Below are positions 40,522 through 52,014 of a stretch of 64,000 nt of DNA, piece by piece. The stretch comes from a virus. Position 1 is the first letter of the stretch. The number at the start of each line of letters is the position of its first letter. The notes beneath the pieces were generated by a model, which was not told the DNA's origin, searched no databases, and saw nothing but the letters and a program-made list of their open reading frames with translations. Position numbers and translations under genes: made by a program. The stretch spans positions 11,930-75,929 of IMG/VR virus record IMGVR_UViG_3300020472_000018. The stretch is one strand, 5' to 3'.

Positions 40522-41033
40522 TTGATTTCAAAACCTTTCAGTTGGATAGATTATCCAAACTTCTATATGCAATTAGAGGTTATACTGATAACAATTTAAG
40601 ATTTCCAAAAGCAGGTGAAATGGTTGAGAAAGCACTTGCTGAATATAGTAATGGTTTACTTGAAAGGGTAAATCTACCTGGTATTGATTTACTTACTAAA
40701 GATAAAGTATCTTATGAATCAAAGGTAACACAGTTTAAGAACAAATCAGGTACAGCGATTAGAGGTTTAATAATTAAAAATAGGAGAGCAGCAAAAGAAT
40801 ATGAGGATAAACTTGCTGATTACTTTATAGTTTCTGATGTAAAGAGTGGTAAGGCATGTTGCATATCCTCAGATAAATTATATAATTTTAAAGATACTGG
40901 AGCAGTATATACAGCATCAGCTGATCCTGAACCAGAAGATTTCTTTTTAATTGGTTATAATCAACTCAATGAATCAAGAGATTACTTTGAGGAATCTGAA
41001 GATTATGATCTACAATTCATTAGATCAATATGA
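40518..41033 (+). CDS. Putative PD-(D/E)xK nuclease
   Basis: GEMVEKAL..PGIDLL..YESK spacing; ATGA-coupled to the helicase. Confidence 0.5.
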   Translation: MIDFKTFQLDRLSKLLYAIRGYTDNNLRFPKAGEMVEKALAEYSNGLLERVNLPGIDLLTKDKVSYESKVTQFKNKSGTAIRGLIIKNRRAAKEYEDKLADYFIVSDVKSGKACCISSDKLYNFKDTGAVYTASADPEPEDFFLIGYNQLNESRDYFEESEDYDLQFIRSI

Positions 41034-41461
41034 ATAAAGTTGTATTAGTTACTGGTGGATTTGATCCATTACATAGTGGACATATTGCTTACTTCAAGGC
41101 GGCAAAGGAATTTGGTGATACATTATGTGTTGCTGTAAATTCTGATGATTGGTTAAGAAGAAAAAAGGGAAAACCTTTTATGAATATAGATGAGAGAATG
41201 TCAGTTCTTAAAGAGTTAAAGACTCCTGATGTTGTTATTGAATTTAGAGATAAAGATGATACTGCTAATGATGCGATTTATATGGCATTGCAGGTATATG
41301 ATGAAGTGGTCTTTGCAAATGGAGGAGATCGTGGTAGAATGAATACTCCAGAATATATTAAATATAAAGATGATCCTAGAGTTATATTTGAATTTGGTGT
41401 TGGTGGTGATAATAAGATGAATAGTAGTTCAAAACTTTTGGAGGAGTGGAATACTAAATGA
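41030..41461 (+). CDS. Cytidylyltransferase-family nucleotidyltransferase
   Basis: TGGFDPLHSGH (HxGH), NSDDWL.RKKG, FANGGDR, NSSS. Confidence 0.85.
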   Translation: MNKVVLVTGGFDPLHSGHIAYFKAAKEFGDTLCVAVNSDDWLRRKKGKPFMNIDERMSVLKELKTPDVVIEFRDKDDTANDAIYMALQVYDEVVFANGGDRGRMNTPEYIKYKDDPRVIFEFGVGGDNKMNSSSKLLEEWNTK

Positions 41462-42645
41462 AGATAGCAATTCTTGGTGCTGGTAATGCAGGGTGTATAT
41501 CTGCATTACATTTTCAACATTATGGTAGATCTCATGGAATTGAGATAGACATATATCATAGTCCTGTTGAGCATCCAATGGAAAAAGTTGGACAAGGTAC
41601 AACATTAGCACCCTTATTGTATTTTGAGTCAATTCTAGGGACTAATTGGTACAATAATAATATTGGTGCAACATTCAAAAGTGGTATATTATATGAAGGG
41701 TGGGGTAAAAAGAATGATGAGATATTTCATCCATTTACTAAAGATGCAATGTCTATGCACTATGTTCCAAGTTTATTATCTAAGGCAGTATTAGAATCAG
41801 GTGTTTTTAATGTTACTGAGAAAACTATTAATGATCCTGAAAGTGAAGTAGATGCTGATTGGATTATTGATTGTAGGGGTAAAGATAAGAGTGGTGAAAC
41901 TGAATATCTACCATTAAAGAATCCTTTAAACTCTGCACTTCTTTATAGAAAGGAAGGTAGAGATCCTGATTTACATTATACAAGAACTGTTGCTACTCCT
42001 AATGGATGGGCATTTGTTATTCCTAATCTGGATAGTGTATCCTATGGTTATTTGTATAATGATACAATAACATCAACACAGGTAGCAAGAGAAGATTTTT
42101 TAGAAAGATTTGATCTTCCTGAAACTGATGGTTCTAATTTAACATTTGGTAATTACATTGCAAAAGATGTTTGTGTTGGTGATAGAACTATTCTTAATGG
42201 TAATAGATGTGCATTTTTAGAACCATTAGAAGCTACATCTACTGCATTTTATCAGAAAGTATGCCAAGTTGCTTGGGATTATATTAATCAAATGGATAGT
42301 ATTGATGGAAATAGTATCTATGGGCATAAACATAAACCTTTGTTACCTACAAGAGCAGATAAAGAATATATGAATGACCATATTCATGGTGCAATGCAAC
42401 AGATTGAAACATTTGTACTATGGCATTATCAGCATGGTTCTAAGTTTGATACTCCTTTCTGGGAATATGCAAAGTCTATTCCATTTACAATGGATAGATA
42501 CTTTGAGAATGTATATAAGGCAGCAAAGAAATATGATTGGCATGATGGATGTTTAATTACTAATGCTGGTGAAGAGGCGAAATATTACTTTTATTCACAA
42601 TGGCATCTAAATTCTTTTAAATGTTGGGTTGATGGGGTAGAATAA
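41458..42645 (+). CDS. Flavin-dependent tryptophan halogenase-like protein
   Basis: GAGNAG Rossmann motif, GWAFVIP, FLEPLEATS. Confidence 0.8.
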   Translation: MKIAILGAGNAGCISALHFQHYGRSHGIEIDIYHSPVEHPMEKVGQGTTLAPLLYFESILGTNWYNNNIGATFKSGILYEGWGKKNDEIFHPFTKDAMSMHYVPSLLSKAVLESGVFNVTEKTINDPESEVDADWIIDCRGKDKSGETEYLPLKNPLNSALLYRKEGRDPDLHYTRTVATPNGWAFVIPNLDSVSYGYLYNDTITSTQVAREDFLERFDLPETDGSNLTFGNYIAKDVCVGDRTILNGNRCAFLEPLEATSTAFYQKVCQVAWDYINQMDSIDGNSIYGHKHKPLLPTRADKEYMNDHIHGAMQQIETFVLWHYQHGSKFDTPFWEYAKSIPFTMDRYFENVYKAAKKYDWHDGCLITNAGEEAKYYFYSQWHLNSFKCWVDGVE

Positions 42646-42649
42646 TATT

Positions 42650-43615
42650 ATGAGAGATACTATTTTATTTGGCGATTGTCGTGAAACTCTTAAGGAGTTT
42701 GATGAGAAGGCAAGGATGTGTGTTACATCTCCACCTTACTATGGTCTAAGAGATTATGGTGGTGAAGATTCACAAATAGGTCTGGAGCAAACTCCAGAAG
42801 AATTTATTGATGAGCTAGTTAAAGTATTCAAGGAGGTAAAAAATGTGCTCACAGATGATGGAACTTGTTGGGTTAATCTTGGCGATAGTTACTATAATTA
42901 CCGACCTGGAAGGGGACAAGGATTGGCAAAACAAACAGTCTCGCATACTAAACAAGACCTACCAGATGTGTGTCCTCGTAGAGCGAATAGAATCGGAGGA
43001 CTCAAAGAAAAAGACCTCATTGGAATCCCTTGGATGTTCGCCTTCGCAATGCGAGCAGATGGATGGCATTTGAGACAGGATATTATATGGCATAAACCTA
43101 ATCCAATGCCTGAGAGTGTAAAGGATAGGTGTACTAAAGCACATGAATATATCTTTTTGTTTAGTAAGAATAAGAAGTATTTTTATGATAATGAAGCAAT
43201 AAAGGAACCAGCAAAAGATTGGGGAACCAGAGATAGAAGTAAAGGTAAGTACACAAGTACAAATGAGTATGGACAAACTCCACACTCAGGATTAACTAAG
43301 AGTTATGAGAAGAAGAATAAGAGATCAGTATGGACTGTAACTAAGAAACCATACAAGGGGGCACATTTTGCTACTTATCCACCCGATCTAATTGAACCCT
43401 GTATCAAGGCAGGGAGCGAGAAAGGAGACATTGTATTAGATCCATTCATGGGATCAGGAACTACTGCTGCTGTGGCAAAATCGTTAGGTAGAGATTACAT
43501 TGGATGTGAACTACACGAAGATTATGGTAACTTGATTCAGAAGAGAGTTGCAGAATATCATCCAGTTGAAGAAGTGTCACAAGAACCTAGCATAAACATA
43601 TTAGATCTTGTATAA
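42650..43615 (+). CDS. Beta-class N4-C/N6-A DNA methyltransferase
   Basis: TSPPY precedes DPFMGSGTT; IIWHKPNPMPES; HFATYP. Confidence 0.9.
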   Translation: MRDTILFGDCRETLKEFDEKARMCVTSPPYYGLRDYGGEDSQIGLEQTPEEFIDELVKVFKEVKNVLTDDGTCWVNLGDSYYNYRPGRGQGLAKQTVSHTKQDLPDVCPRRANRIGGLKEKDLIGIPWMFAFAMRADGWHLRQDIIWHKPNPMPESVKDRCTKAHEYIFLFSKNKKYFYDNEAIKEPAKDWGTRDRSKGKYTSTNEYGQTPHSGLTKSYEKKNKRSVWTVTKKPYKGAHFATYPPDLIEPCIKAGSEKGDIVLDPFMGSGTTAAVAKSLGRDYIGCELHEDYGNLIQKRVAEYHPVEEVSQEPSINILDLV

Positions 43616-43616
43616 T
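43561..43616 (+). promoter_or_regulatory. Palindrome/-10 early-type promoter element
   Basis: TCCAGTT-N4-AAGTGTCAC-N30-TATAAT; the TAA is the methyltransferase stop. Confidence 0.7.
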
Positions 43617-43640
43617 TAGTACAACTAAAGGAAAACTTCT

Positions 43641-43805
43641 ATGTTTGGATTATTCAGTTCTGGCCCTCGTGTCGAAGTTAAACTCATTTTAAATGGAAGG
43701 CAATTTGTTGAAACAGTTTTTACTGATGATGTATTTCAAGCAGAGGATATTGCTATTGCAAGAAATCCTGGTGCTGAAGTTATTTTTGCTAATATAGTAA
43801 TATAG
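43641..43805 (+). CDS. Small hypothetical protein (54 aa, not in ORF track)
   Basis: AAAGGA SD; MFGLFSSGPRVEVKL..IARNPGAEV. Confidence 0.65.
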   Translation: MFGLFSSGPRVEVKLILNGRQFVETVFTDDVFQAEDIAIARNPGAEVIFANIVI

Positions 43806-43809
43806 TAAA

Positions 43810-44445
43810 ATGGTATTAGAATATCTTGTAGACACTTGGGATTATAGGTCTGAGGTACTACATCTTTTAAAGGATAGATGTTATAAGAAGGGTGATTTTA
43901 CTCTTTCTTCTGGTAGAAAAACTCAACACTATGTTAATTGTAAGTCGATTACTTTAAATGGTGAATCTTTATGTAAAATATGTCCAATGATATTGGAACA
44001 TATTGAATCTAATGTTAAGGCAGTAGGTGGTCTGACTTTAGGTGCTGATCCATTGGTTACTGGTGTTGCTATGATGGGATATGCTCTAGGTAATAATAAG
44101 ATTAAACTTGCATCTTTAATTGTTCGTAAACAAGCAAAGGGGTATGGAACTAATGCTTACATAGAGGGGCCAAAATTACCTGAAGGATCTGAAGTCACAG
44201 TTCTTGAGGATGTAATTACTACAGGTGGATCTTCTATTGTAGCAGTAGAAAGATTGCGTGATGCTGGTTATGTAGTTAATCGTGTTATTTCTATTGTTGA
44301 TAGGCAAGAAGATGGTGAGGCAGATGATAACATGAAAGAAGCAAATTTAGAACTTATAAGTTTGTTTACATTACAGGATTTAATTGAAGATAAGTCTCCT
44401 GTTCGTACTTTAAAAAGTCCAAAAATGATGGTGGATTATGAGTAG
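43810..44445 (+). CDS. pyrE: Orotate phosphoribosyltransferase
   Basis: GDFTLSSGRK..Y, GGLTLGADP, VRK.AKGYG, VLEDVITTGGS PRPP loop. Confidence 0.92.
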   Translation: MVLEYLVDTWDYRSEVLHLLKDRCYKKGDFTLSSGRKTQHYVNCKSITLNGESLCKICPMILEHIESNVKAVGGLTLGADPLVTGVAMMGYALGNNKIKLASLIVRKQAKGYGTNAYIEGPKLPEGSEVTVLEDVITTGGSSIVAVERLRDAGYVVNRVISIVDRQEDGEADDNMKEANLELISLFTLQDLIEDKSPVRTLKSPKMMVDYE

Positions 44446-44683
44446 AAAAATACATCCTAGTGAATACTTTTCTAATGATTATTGGAAGTATAATTTAGAT
44501 CCACCAGAATATAAAAGGGGAAGTAGGCACAATAAAATAGGAATGTGGATTATGTACATTTTCTATGGTATTGTTCTTGTACAATTATTACACGCATTTA
44601 CTGTAATACCATTTTTCCCTATTACCTTTTCTATACTATTAGGTTTAGGATTTATTTGCTATGTTGCTTGGAGGGCAAGTTGA
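44438..44683 (+). CDS. Hypothetical membrane protein
   Basis: Two hydrophobic segments. Confidence 0.6.
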   Translation: MSRKIHPSEYFSNDYWKYNLDPPEYKRGSRHNKIGMWIMYIFYGIVLVQLLHAFTVIPFFPITFSILLGLGFICYVAWRAS

Positions 44684-44859
44684 GATTAACTGAAGATGTA
44701 ATTAACAAGATTGCAGTATTAATGCAACATACCAAAATGAATGGTGAAACCAACTGGAAAGATGGTGATGAGATTGATGTGTGTCTTGGAGGCACATTTG
44801 CTGGAGATAAGTTTATCTCTATTATAAACAGAACACGAAGTAACACAACTAAGAAATGA
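44680..44859 (+). CDS. Hypothetical protein
   Basis: Likely TTG start overlapping the upstream stop; part of the 44545 ORF. Confidence 0.5.
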   Translation: MRLTEDVINKIAVLMQHTKMNGETNWKDGDEIDVCLGGTFAGDKFISIINRTRSNTTKK

Positions 44860-45422
44860 AGAAACTATTAACAGCATTAGTAGCAGCATCAATGCTGTTA
44901 CCAACTGCAACACTAGCATCTAGTATAAGACCAGGTGCTAGGGTTACACATAAGACACTACAACAAGGTGCAAAAGATCCACTATGTCTTGTTGGTCAGG
45001 AAGAAGAGAAGGAATTGTGGGAAGAATGTAAGGTTACAATAGATGAGACAGGGGTAACACATCCAATAGGTAAGGTTGCTACTGTAGTTCAATGGGAAAC
45101 AGAAGAGAAACCATTTAATACAGCAGGTGCTATCATAGGTGGTGCTGCTGGTGCTGGTGTAGGTTTTGCTGCTGGACTAGGTACTTGTATGTTTCTTGGC
45201 CCATTTTGTTTGATTACCGCACCAGCAGTAATGCAGAGTGGTATGATGGTAGGTGGTGCTGCTGGCGGTAAAGGTTTAGGAAGATACTTTACTGTTGTTG
45301 GTGATGATGAACAAGGCGAAAGATTAATTCAAGAGTGGTATGAGAAGTCAGGTAAAGCAGCAGCTAAAACATCTAAAGACCTACTCAAGGCAAGCAAACT
45401 TGCAGAAGGAGAAATTAGGTAG
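44856..45422 (+). CDS. Exported/membrane protein with glycine zipper
   Basis: Signal peptide MKKLLTALVAASMLL; GAIIGGAAGAGVGFAAG. Confidence 0.65.
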   Translation: MKKLLTALVAASMLLPTATLASSIRPGARVTHKTLQQGAKDPLCLVGQEEEKELWEECKVTIDETGVTHPIGKVATVVQWETEEKPFNTAGAIIGGAAGAGVGFAAGLGTCMFLGPFCLITAPAVMQSGMMVGGAAGGKGLGRYFTVVGDDEQGERLIQEWYEKSGKAAAKTSKDLLKASKLAEGEIR

Positions 45423-45701
45423 ATGGGTAGTAGAGTAAGTGCTGACTATCGTAAGTTTTATACTTGCCCTAATAGAGACATTCTTGATCCTGATGGTGGA
45501 CAACCTGAAGGATGGGTGAATAAGGATGGATCATGGGCAGCAATTCCTCTTATGGGAAGTAAAAAGAAGTTGGGTATTATTCACAATGGTGAGTATATGC
45601 ACACTGCCAAAAACTATAATGATGCAGTAACATACATAAAGAAACAAATTTCTATTGAAAACAAACTTAAGAAGAAAGGGTCATTGGAGAAGTTTTTATG
45701 A
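45423..45701 (+). CDS. Hypothetical protein
   Basis: Tightly packed ORF. Confidence 0.6.
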   Translation: MGSRVSADYRKFYTCPNRDILDPDGGQPEGWVNKDGSWAAIPLMGSKKKLGIIHNGEYMHTAKNYNDAVTYIKKQISIENKLKKKGSLEKFL

Positions 45702-46006
45702 GTGAGACTAAACAAGAAAAATGGGATCGTGGTAAGACTCTTATGTTGGAGTCTTTACATAAACCTGATGATAGATTGAGAGGATGTTCTCATAATCAAC
45801 AATGTTATCACGAATTAATGGAGATAAGGGATCAGGTGATTGAGATGGTTCAAGCAATGCCTAATCCTTATACAGAACCATTGCCATTTGGTAAGAAAAA
45901 TAATCATATAGAACCAACAATTAGTACACCTAATGGTGAAATTAGTGAAACTTTAATGAGTGGAACATTGCGTGAACATTATATGTCAGATCATAGGGAG
46001 TATTAA
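45698..46006 (+). CDS. Hypothetical protein
   Basis: ATGA coupling. Confidence 0.6.
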   Translation: MSETKQEKWDRGKTLMLESLHKPDDRLRGCSHNQQCYHELMEIRDQVIEMVQAMPNPYTEPLPFGKKNNHIEPTISTPNGEISETLMSGTLREHYMSDHREY

Positions 46007-46008
46007 TT

Positions 46009-46266
46009 ATGAGTAAGATTGATACACAGGGGATGAGTGGCCCTACTGATCCTAATTATAAACCAACTGGTAAAGCACAACCACATAAACCTATGATGAT
46101 ATATCCTCGTAGGTTACATACTCCTGAAATGGTTAGAGAGATGAAGATACTTATCAATGAAGTATTAGATGAGAGAGATGGTAAGAGAGGTAGATCATAT
46201 TTTGATAGTGAGAAGTTTGCTCACCGCATTAATGAACCTGAACCACCTTATGAAAAATGGGAATGA
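46009..46266 (+). CDS. Hypothetical protein
   Basis: GGGAG SD. Confidence 0.6.
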   Translation: MSKIDTQGMSGPTDPNYKPTGKAQPHKPMMIYPRRLHTPEMVREMKILINEVLDERDGKRGRSYFDSEKFAHRINEPEPPYEKWE

Positions 46267-46400
46267 TTAGAAATTGGATAAAAGAGATCATTAAAGAAGC
46301 ACTTGTTGAGTGGGAGACGGAAGTTTCCTATCTTGGAAGACCAGGATATGAGTGGAACGGTGAGAACTGGGTTCCAAGAGATGAAGATGGAAAAGCATAA
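46263..46400 (+). CDS. Small hypothetical protein (45 aa)
   Basis: ATGA coupling; MIRNWIKEIIKEALVEWE. Confidence 0.5.
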   Translation: MIRNWIKEIIKEALVEWETEVSYLGRPGYEWNGENWVPRDEDGKA

Positions 46401-46650
46401 TTATAAGAACCCTTCTAAGGCACAAGATCTTTCGCACTTAGAGGCACAAGTTACTGAGGGTAAGAAGTATTATGATGAGCAAGGGTGGGAGATCTCTCCA
46501 CCCATAAGTGATAGAGAATGTATCTACCGTTGCTTAGAGAACTGTGAGCAACTTGCTGGACTTGATAAGAAACAAGTGCAGAGATTGATGGAAGACTTTA
46601 AGACCAAGAAAACAGAGTTTGTACGCAACGAGGAGTATCCAGCACTATGA
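46387..46650 (+). CDS. Hypothetical protein
   Basis: Probable start MEKHNYK within the 46303 ORF. Confidence 0.55.
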   Translation: MEKHNYKNPSKAQDLSHLEAQVTEGKKYYDEQGWEISPPISDRECIYRCLENCEQLAGLDKKQVQRLMEDFKTKKTEFVRNEEYPAL

Positions 46651-46820
46651 GAACACAAAATAAAGAAAATTATTATTATTTCTTTTGGGTTATAGCAATG
46701 GTTGCTTTTATAGCACCTCAAGTAATGACTGCTTTTGCTTATCACAGACTTGCTGAGATTCTTAGTAAACCTGTTCAAGTTGAAGTAATTAATCCTATGA
46801 AAATTAAAATGAGTTTATGA
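46647..46820 (+). CDS. Small membrane protein (57 aa)
   Basis: GAGGAG SD; ATGA coupling at both ends; one TM segment. Confidence 0.6.
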   Translation: MRTQNKENYYYFFWVIAMVAFIAPQVMTAFAYHRLAEILSKPVQVEVINPMKIKMSL

Positions 46821-47080
46821 AAAACTGGTTTAACTTAAATGTAAATACACCTTGGGTAAAGGGGTATGAGGATAAGAACTCACATCCTGTGTATAAACAC
46901 GCTAATAGTCCATCAAAATGGGATATAAAATGTAGTAGATTAATTATGTCATGTTATGGAGAAGGTGCTGCAATAGATATTAGACTTATGGATACTGATA
47001 ATGATCTACAGCATCAAATAAACATTACTGTTGATAAGGATGGTAAGTTACAGGCAATAGTTTCGGAGCAAACCAAATGA
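46817..47080 (+). CDS. Hypothetical protein
   Basis: ATGA coupling. Confidence 0.6.
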   Translation: MKNWFNLNVNTPWVKGYEDKNSHPVYKHANSPSKWDIKCSRLIMSCYGEGAAIDIRLMDTDNDLQHQINITVDKDGKLQAIVSEQTK

Positions 47081-47601
47081 GATTAGGAATTATGTGTTCT
47101 GGCAACGGAACCAACTTCGAGAACATAATTACAAATCCTAACTGCAATAAACATGAAGTAGTATTGATGATACACAATACAAAGAAGTGTGGTGCTATTG
47201 CAAGAGCAGCAAAATGGGGAATACCTCACTGTAGGGTTGCTCATAAAGATGAAGATCAAATGATAAAACTTTTTGAGGCATATCGTGTAGATCTTATCAT
47301 ACTAGCAGGTTATATGCGAGTATTAAAGAATCCATCTGCATTTCATTGTCCTATCATTAACGTGCATCCATCATTACTACCAAAGTATAAAGGATTACAT
47401 GCTGTTGAGCAAGCAATGGAGTCAGGTGATACTATTACTGGATGTACTGTTCACTATGTGAATGAAGAGTTAGATGGTGGAGAGATTATAATGCAAGGTG
47501 AGGTTCCTATATTACTTGATGATGATGTAGATTCATTAACTAAAGCTATACAACGTAAGGAGTATGCTATACTACCAGTAGCGATTGATTCATTAGGATA
47601 A
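47077..47601 (+). CDS. purN: Phosphoribosylglycinamide formyltransferase
   Basis: SGNGTNFE, LAGYMRVL, INVHPSLLPKYKG, GCTVHYV.EELDGG. Confidence 0.93.
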   Translation: MRLGIMCSGNGTNFENIITNPNCNKHEVVLMIHNTKKCGAIARAAKWGIPHCRVAHKDEDQMIKLFEAYRVDLIILAGYMRVLKNPSAFHCPIINVHPSLLPKYKGLHAVEQAMESGDTITGCTVHYVNEELDGGEIIMQGEVPILLDDDVDSLTKAIQRKEYAILPVAIDSLG

Positions 47602-47626
47602 ATAATTTGACCTATTAGGTTATTTT

Positions 47627-47926
47627 ATGCTATCTACGCAATACCGTTTGAGACTAGCATCTATATGTAAAGATATAGGTGCTGGAGTTGAAGTAAGTTT
47701 AGACGATATGATCTGGGCAGAAAAATTAGCAAAGGCAAATACCGCAGCAAGAGGCATGTTACAGACTGCAAGAAGAATCAGTACAGACCCTACCGATTCT
47801 TTTCTGAATAGTTTGAATTTAGGAGACCCCGATTCAAACAATCACCGTAGGGGTTTTGGAGATCCACAAGATGTTGTGGATTGGTTTCATCAAGAAAGAT
47901 CAGACGATTGGAGGCAACGTGACTAA
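47627..47926 (+). CDS. Conserved cyanobacterial/cyanophage hypothetical protein
   Basis: MLSTQYRLRL..IC..DMIWAEKLAKAN. Confidence 0.65.
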   Translation: MLSTQYRLRLASICKDIGAGVEVSLDDMIWAEKLAKANTAARGMLQTARRISTDPTDSFLNSLNLGDPDSNNHRRGFGDPQDVVDWFHQERSDDWRQRD

Positions 47927-47927
47927 G

Positions 47928-48122
47928 ATGGCAAGAGGAGAAAAATTGAGATTAACAGATATTATCTGTAGAATCATAACAACTGATGGAACAGTTGATC
48001 TTAATGAGAGAATATGGATGAACAAACTATGTGAGCGTAATGATGAGGCAAAGGAACTAGCAGGTGCTATGCTTTGTCCTGATTTTTATGATCCTGATGG
48101 GATAGATCCTGCCTTCTACTAG
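47928..48122 (+). CDS. Hypothetical protein, partly similar to 47627
   Basis: LRLTDIICRI..V.LNERIWM.KL. Confidence 0.55.
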   Translation: MARGEKLRLTDIICRIITTDGTVDLNERIWMNKLCERNDEAKELAGAMLCPDFYDPDGIDPAFY

Positions 48123-48141
48123 GCATAAATTTTTGTTAAGT

Positions 48142-48155
48142 GTAGTTGATGATAC
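48142..48155 (+). promoter_or_regulatory. Putative NtcA-type box
   Basis: GTA-GTTGATGA-TAC (GTA-N8-TAC); TAGAAT 24 nt downstream. Confidence 0.4.
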
Positions 48156-48252
48156 GAACACATTTACCATAAATAATGATAGAATCGAGGAGAACAAGAT
48201 GATTCAAACTCCTTTGTTATGGGTCTACTAATTGTTGTTTACGGAGTTTTTT

Positions 48253-48405
48253 ATGCACAACTTAATACCGCACAATCAGTTATCGGGATCAGAAGATATA
48301 GTTGATCCGCATAGCGATTTACTAGCAGAATACTATGAGTGCTTAATTGACTGCGAAGACACTGCTTCAAGTTGTAAACGAATATGTAAGGAGGTTTTAG
48401 TTTAA
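48253..48405 (+). CDS. Small Cys-rich protein (50 aa, not in ORF track)
   Basis: GGAG SD; MHNLIPHNQL..YYECLIDCEDTASSCKRICKEVL. Confidence 0.75.
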   Translation: MHNLIPHNQLSGSEDIVDPHSDLLAEYYECLIDCEDTASSCKRICKEVLV

Positions 48406-48496
48406 GTCAAACTGCAAACTCTATTCAAGGATAACATGTTAATTCATTCACATCCACCTTAAGTAAACCTATTTAAATCGAATATTAAGAAAACCC

Positions 48497-48525
48497 TTGA
48501 CTTATTCAGTTAGGGGTTTTATAAT
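48497..48525 (+). promoter_or_regulatory. Sigma70-like promoter overlapping a terminator hairpin
   Basis: TTGACT-N17-TATAAT within AAAACCCTTGAC..GTTAGGGGTTTT. Confidence 0.75.
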
Positions 48526-48531
48526 GTAAAT

Positions 48532-49062
48532 ATGGAAATAGAAGTATTTGATAATTATCTACCAGATCGAGAGTATTCTATTATTCACGATTGTATGTTA
48601 GGATATAATGATGGTGGAGATATTCATCATTCCTTTACTTGGAATTTTGTAGATCATATTGCATCATCACCTTGTCCAGATAAGTATTTTCAATTTATTC
48701 ATATACTTTTTATGGATCATACCATATTAAGTCCATATTTTGATATAGTAAAACCTATTATTAAAAAGGAATCTATGGTTGCACTTAATAGAATTAAATG
48801 TAATATGATTATTGGATCTGAAGAATTAAAAATCTTTAAGAACTCTTTTCATTGTGATGTTGCACCTAAAACTGCTGAGAAGATAACAACTGCAATATAC
48901 TATGTAAATAGTAATAATGGTTTTACATTATTTGAGGATGGTACTAAGGTGGAGAGTATTGGTAATCGTTTAGTTAAATTTACTGGTTATCTAAAGCATA
49001 CTGGAACAACTTGTACTGATGCAAATCGTAGAGTATTAATTAACTTTAATTATTATACATAA
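48532..49062 (+). CDS. 2OG-Fe(II) oxygenase-like protein
   Basis: RIKCN, FHCD, TAIYYVN.NNG.T.F, KHTG, RVLINFNY. Confidence 0.75.
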   Translation: MEIEVFDNYLPDREYSIIHDCMLGYNDGGDIHHSFTWNFVDHIASSPCPDKYFQFIHILFMDHTILSPYFDIVKPIIKKESMVALNRIKCNMIIGSEELKIFKNSFHCDVAPKTAEKITTAIYYVNSNNGFTLFEDGTKVESIGNRLVKFTGYLKHTGTTCTDANRRVLINFNYYT

Positions 49063-49601
49063 TGTCTGATATTAAAATATATAATGATTTTTTGAGTGAT
49101 GAAGAGTATTCGCCAATATATCAATACTTTCTTGATAATGAAAGAGGATTGAATGGTGATAGTGTCCCTTGGTATTGGGTAAATGGTGTTACTACAATGG
49201 GTGATGGTAACATACAGTTTATTAGTTTAGGATATGGAAATTATCAGATAACTAATATGACTATGTTTAGTGTTTTATCACCTATTATACATAAAATTAA
49301 ACCAATAGCATTACATAGAGTTAAAGCTAATTTAACTTTAAGTAAACAACTACAACCCATTGATGAGGAAAAGATTTATCATGTGGATAATGATTTTTGT
49401 ATTGAGAATAAAGGTGTAATGACTACAGGCATTTATTATGTTAATACAAATGATGGTTATACATTATTTGAGGATGGTACTAAAGTTGAAAGTGTTGCTA
49501 ACAGATTTGTTACTTTTCCCTGCCATATTAAACATGGCGGTATGCCGTACAATAATGATAAGTTTGGGAGAAGAATTGTAGTAAACTTTAATTGGATATA
49601 G
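49062..49601 (+). CDS. 2OG-Fe(II) oxygenase-like protein (tandem paralog)
   Basis: RVKANL, YHVD, GIYYVNTNDGYTLFEDGTKVES, KHGG, RIVVNFNW. Confidence 0.75.
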   Translation: MSDIKIYNDFLSDEEYSPIYQYFLDNERGLNGDSVPWYWVNGVTTMGDGNIQFISLGYGNYQITNMTMFSVLSPIIHKIKPIALHRVKANLTLSKQLQPIDEEKIYHVDNDFCIENKGVMTTGIYYVNTNDGYTLFEDGTKVESVANRFVTFPCHIKHGGMPYNNDKFGRRIVVNFNWI

Positions 49602-49652
49602 TTGTTTTTTATGATGTTTTATAGTAAAATGGAAACTAATGCGTTACTTGAT

Positions 49653-49806
49653 ATGAATAACCCTTTAAGTCCAGTTAAGATGGTAAGAGAGTCTTATTCT
49701 AGGTACTTACAAAAGAACTTTACTGAGGTTCAAGTGCAGTTTGATGAAGAAGAACCTGCATGGATACCTTACGATACTTTATTAGCAATGATGAGGAGAG
49801 TTGAAA

Positions 49807-49817
<11 letters not shown>
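49653..49817 (+). CDS. Small hypothetical protein (start uncertain)
   Basis: EVQVQF.EEEPAWIPYDTL. Confidence 0.55.
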
Positions 49818-51684
<1,867 letters not shown>

Positions 51685-51688
<4 letters not shown>

Positions 51689-52014
51689 AAAAAATATTAT
51701 TTAATATTCATGAAGCAGTTTGGTGGGTAGTTGCTGAACTTGAAGATTGGTTATATCCATATAGAGATAGGGAAGTAACTCAACCTTTATGGGCAGAGAA
51801 TTATGATGCTGATGTTAATGAATTAACATACCTTAAATCACAAATGGAATCTGCTAACCAGAGAATTGAGAGATTACAGAGTGAGATGATTTATGTTACG
51901 TCTGAAATACACAGTATAAATACTGGATTAAAAGAAAATCGAAATCCAAATCAATCCAATGAAGGACAAGAAGGCAGCGAAGCTATTGTTAAAGAGAGCA
52001 AAGAAACACCCTGA
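51685..52014 (+). CDS. Hypothetical coiled-coil protein
   Basis: ATGA coupling; heptad-like segment. Confidence 0.55.
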
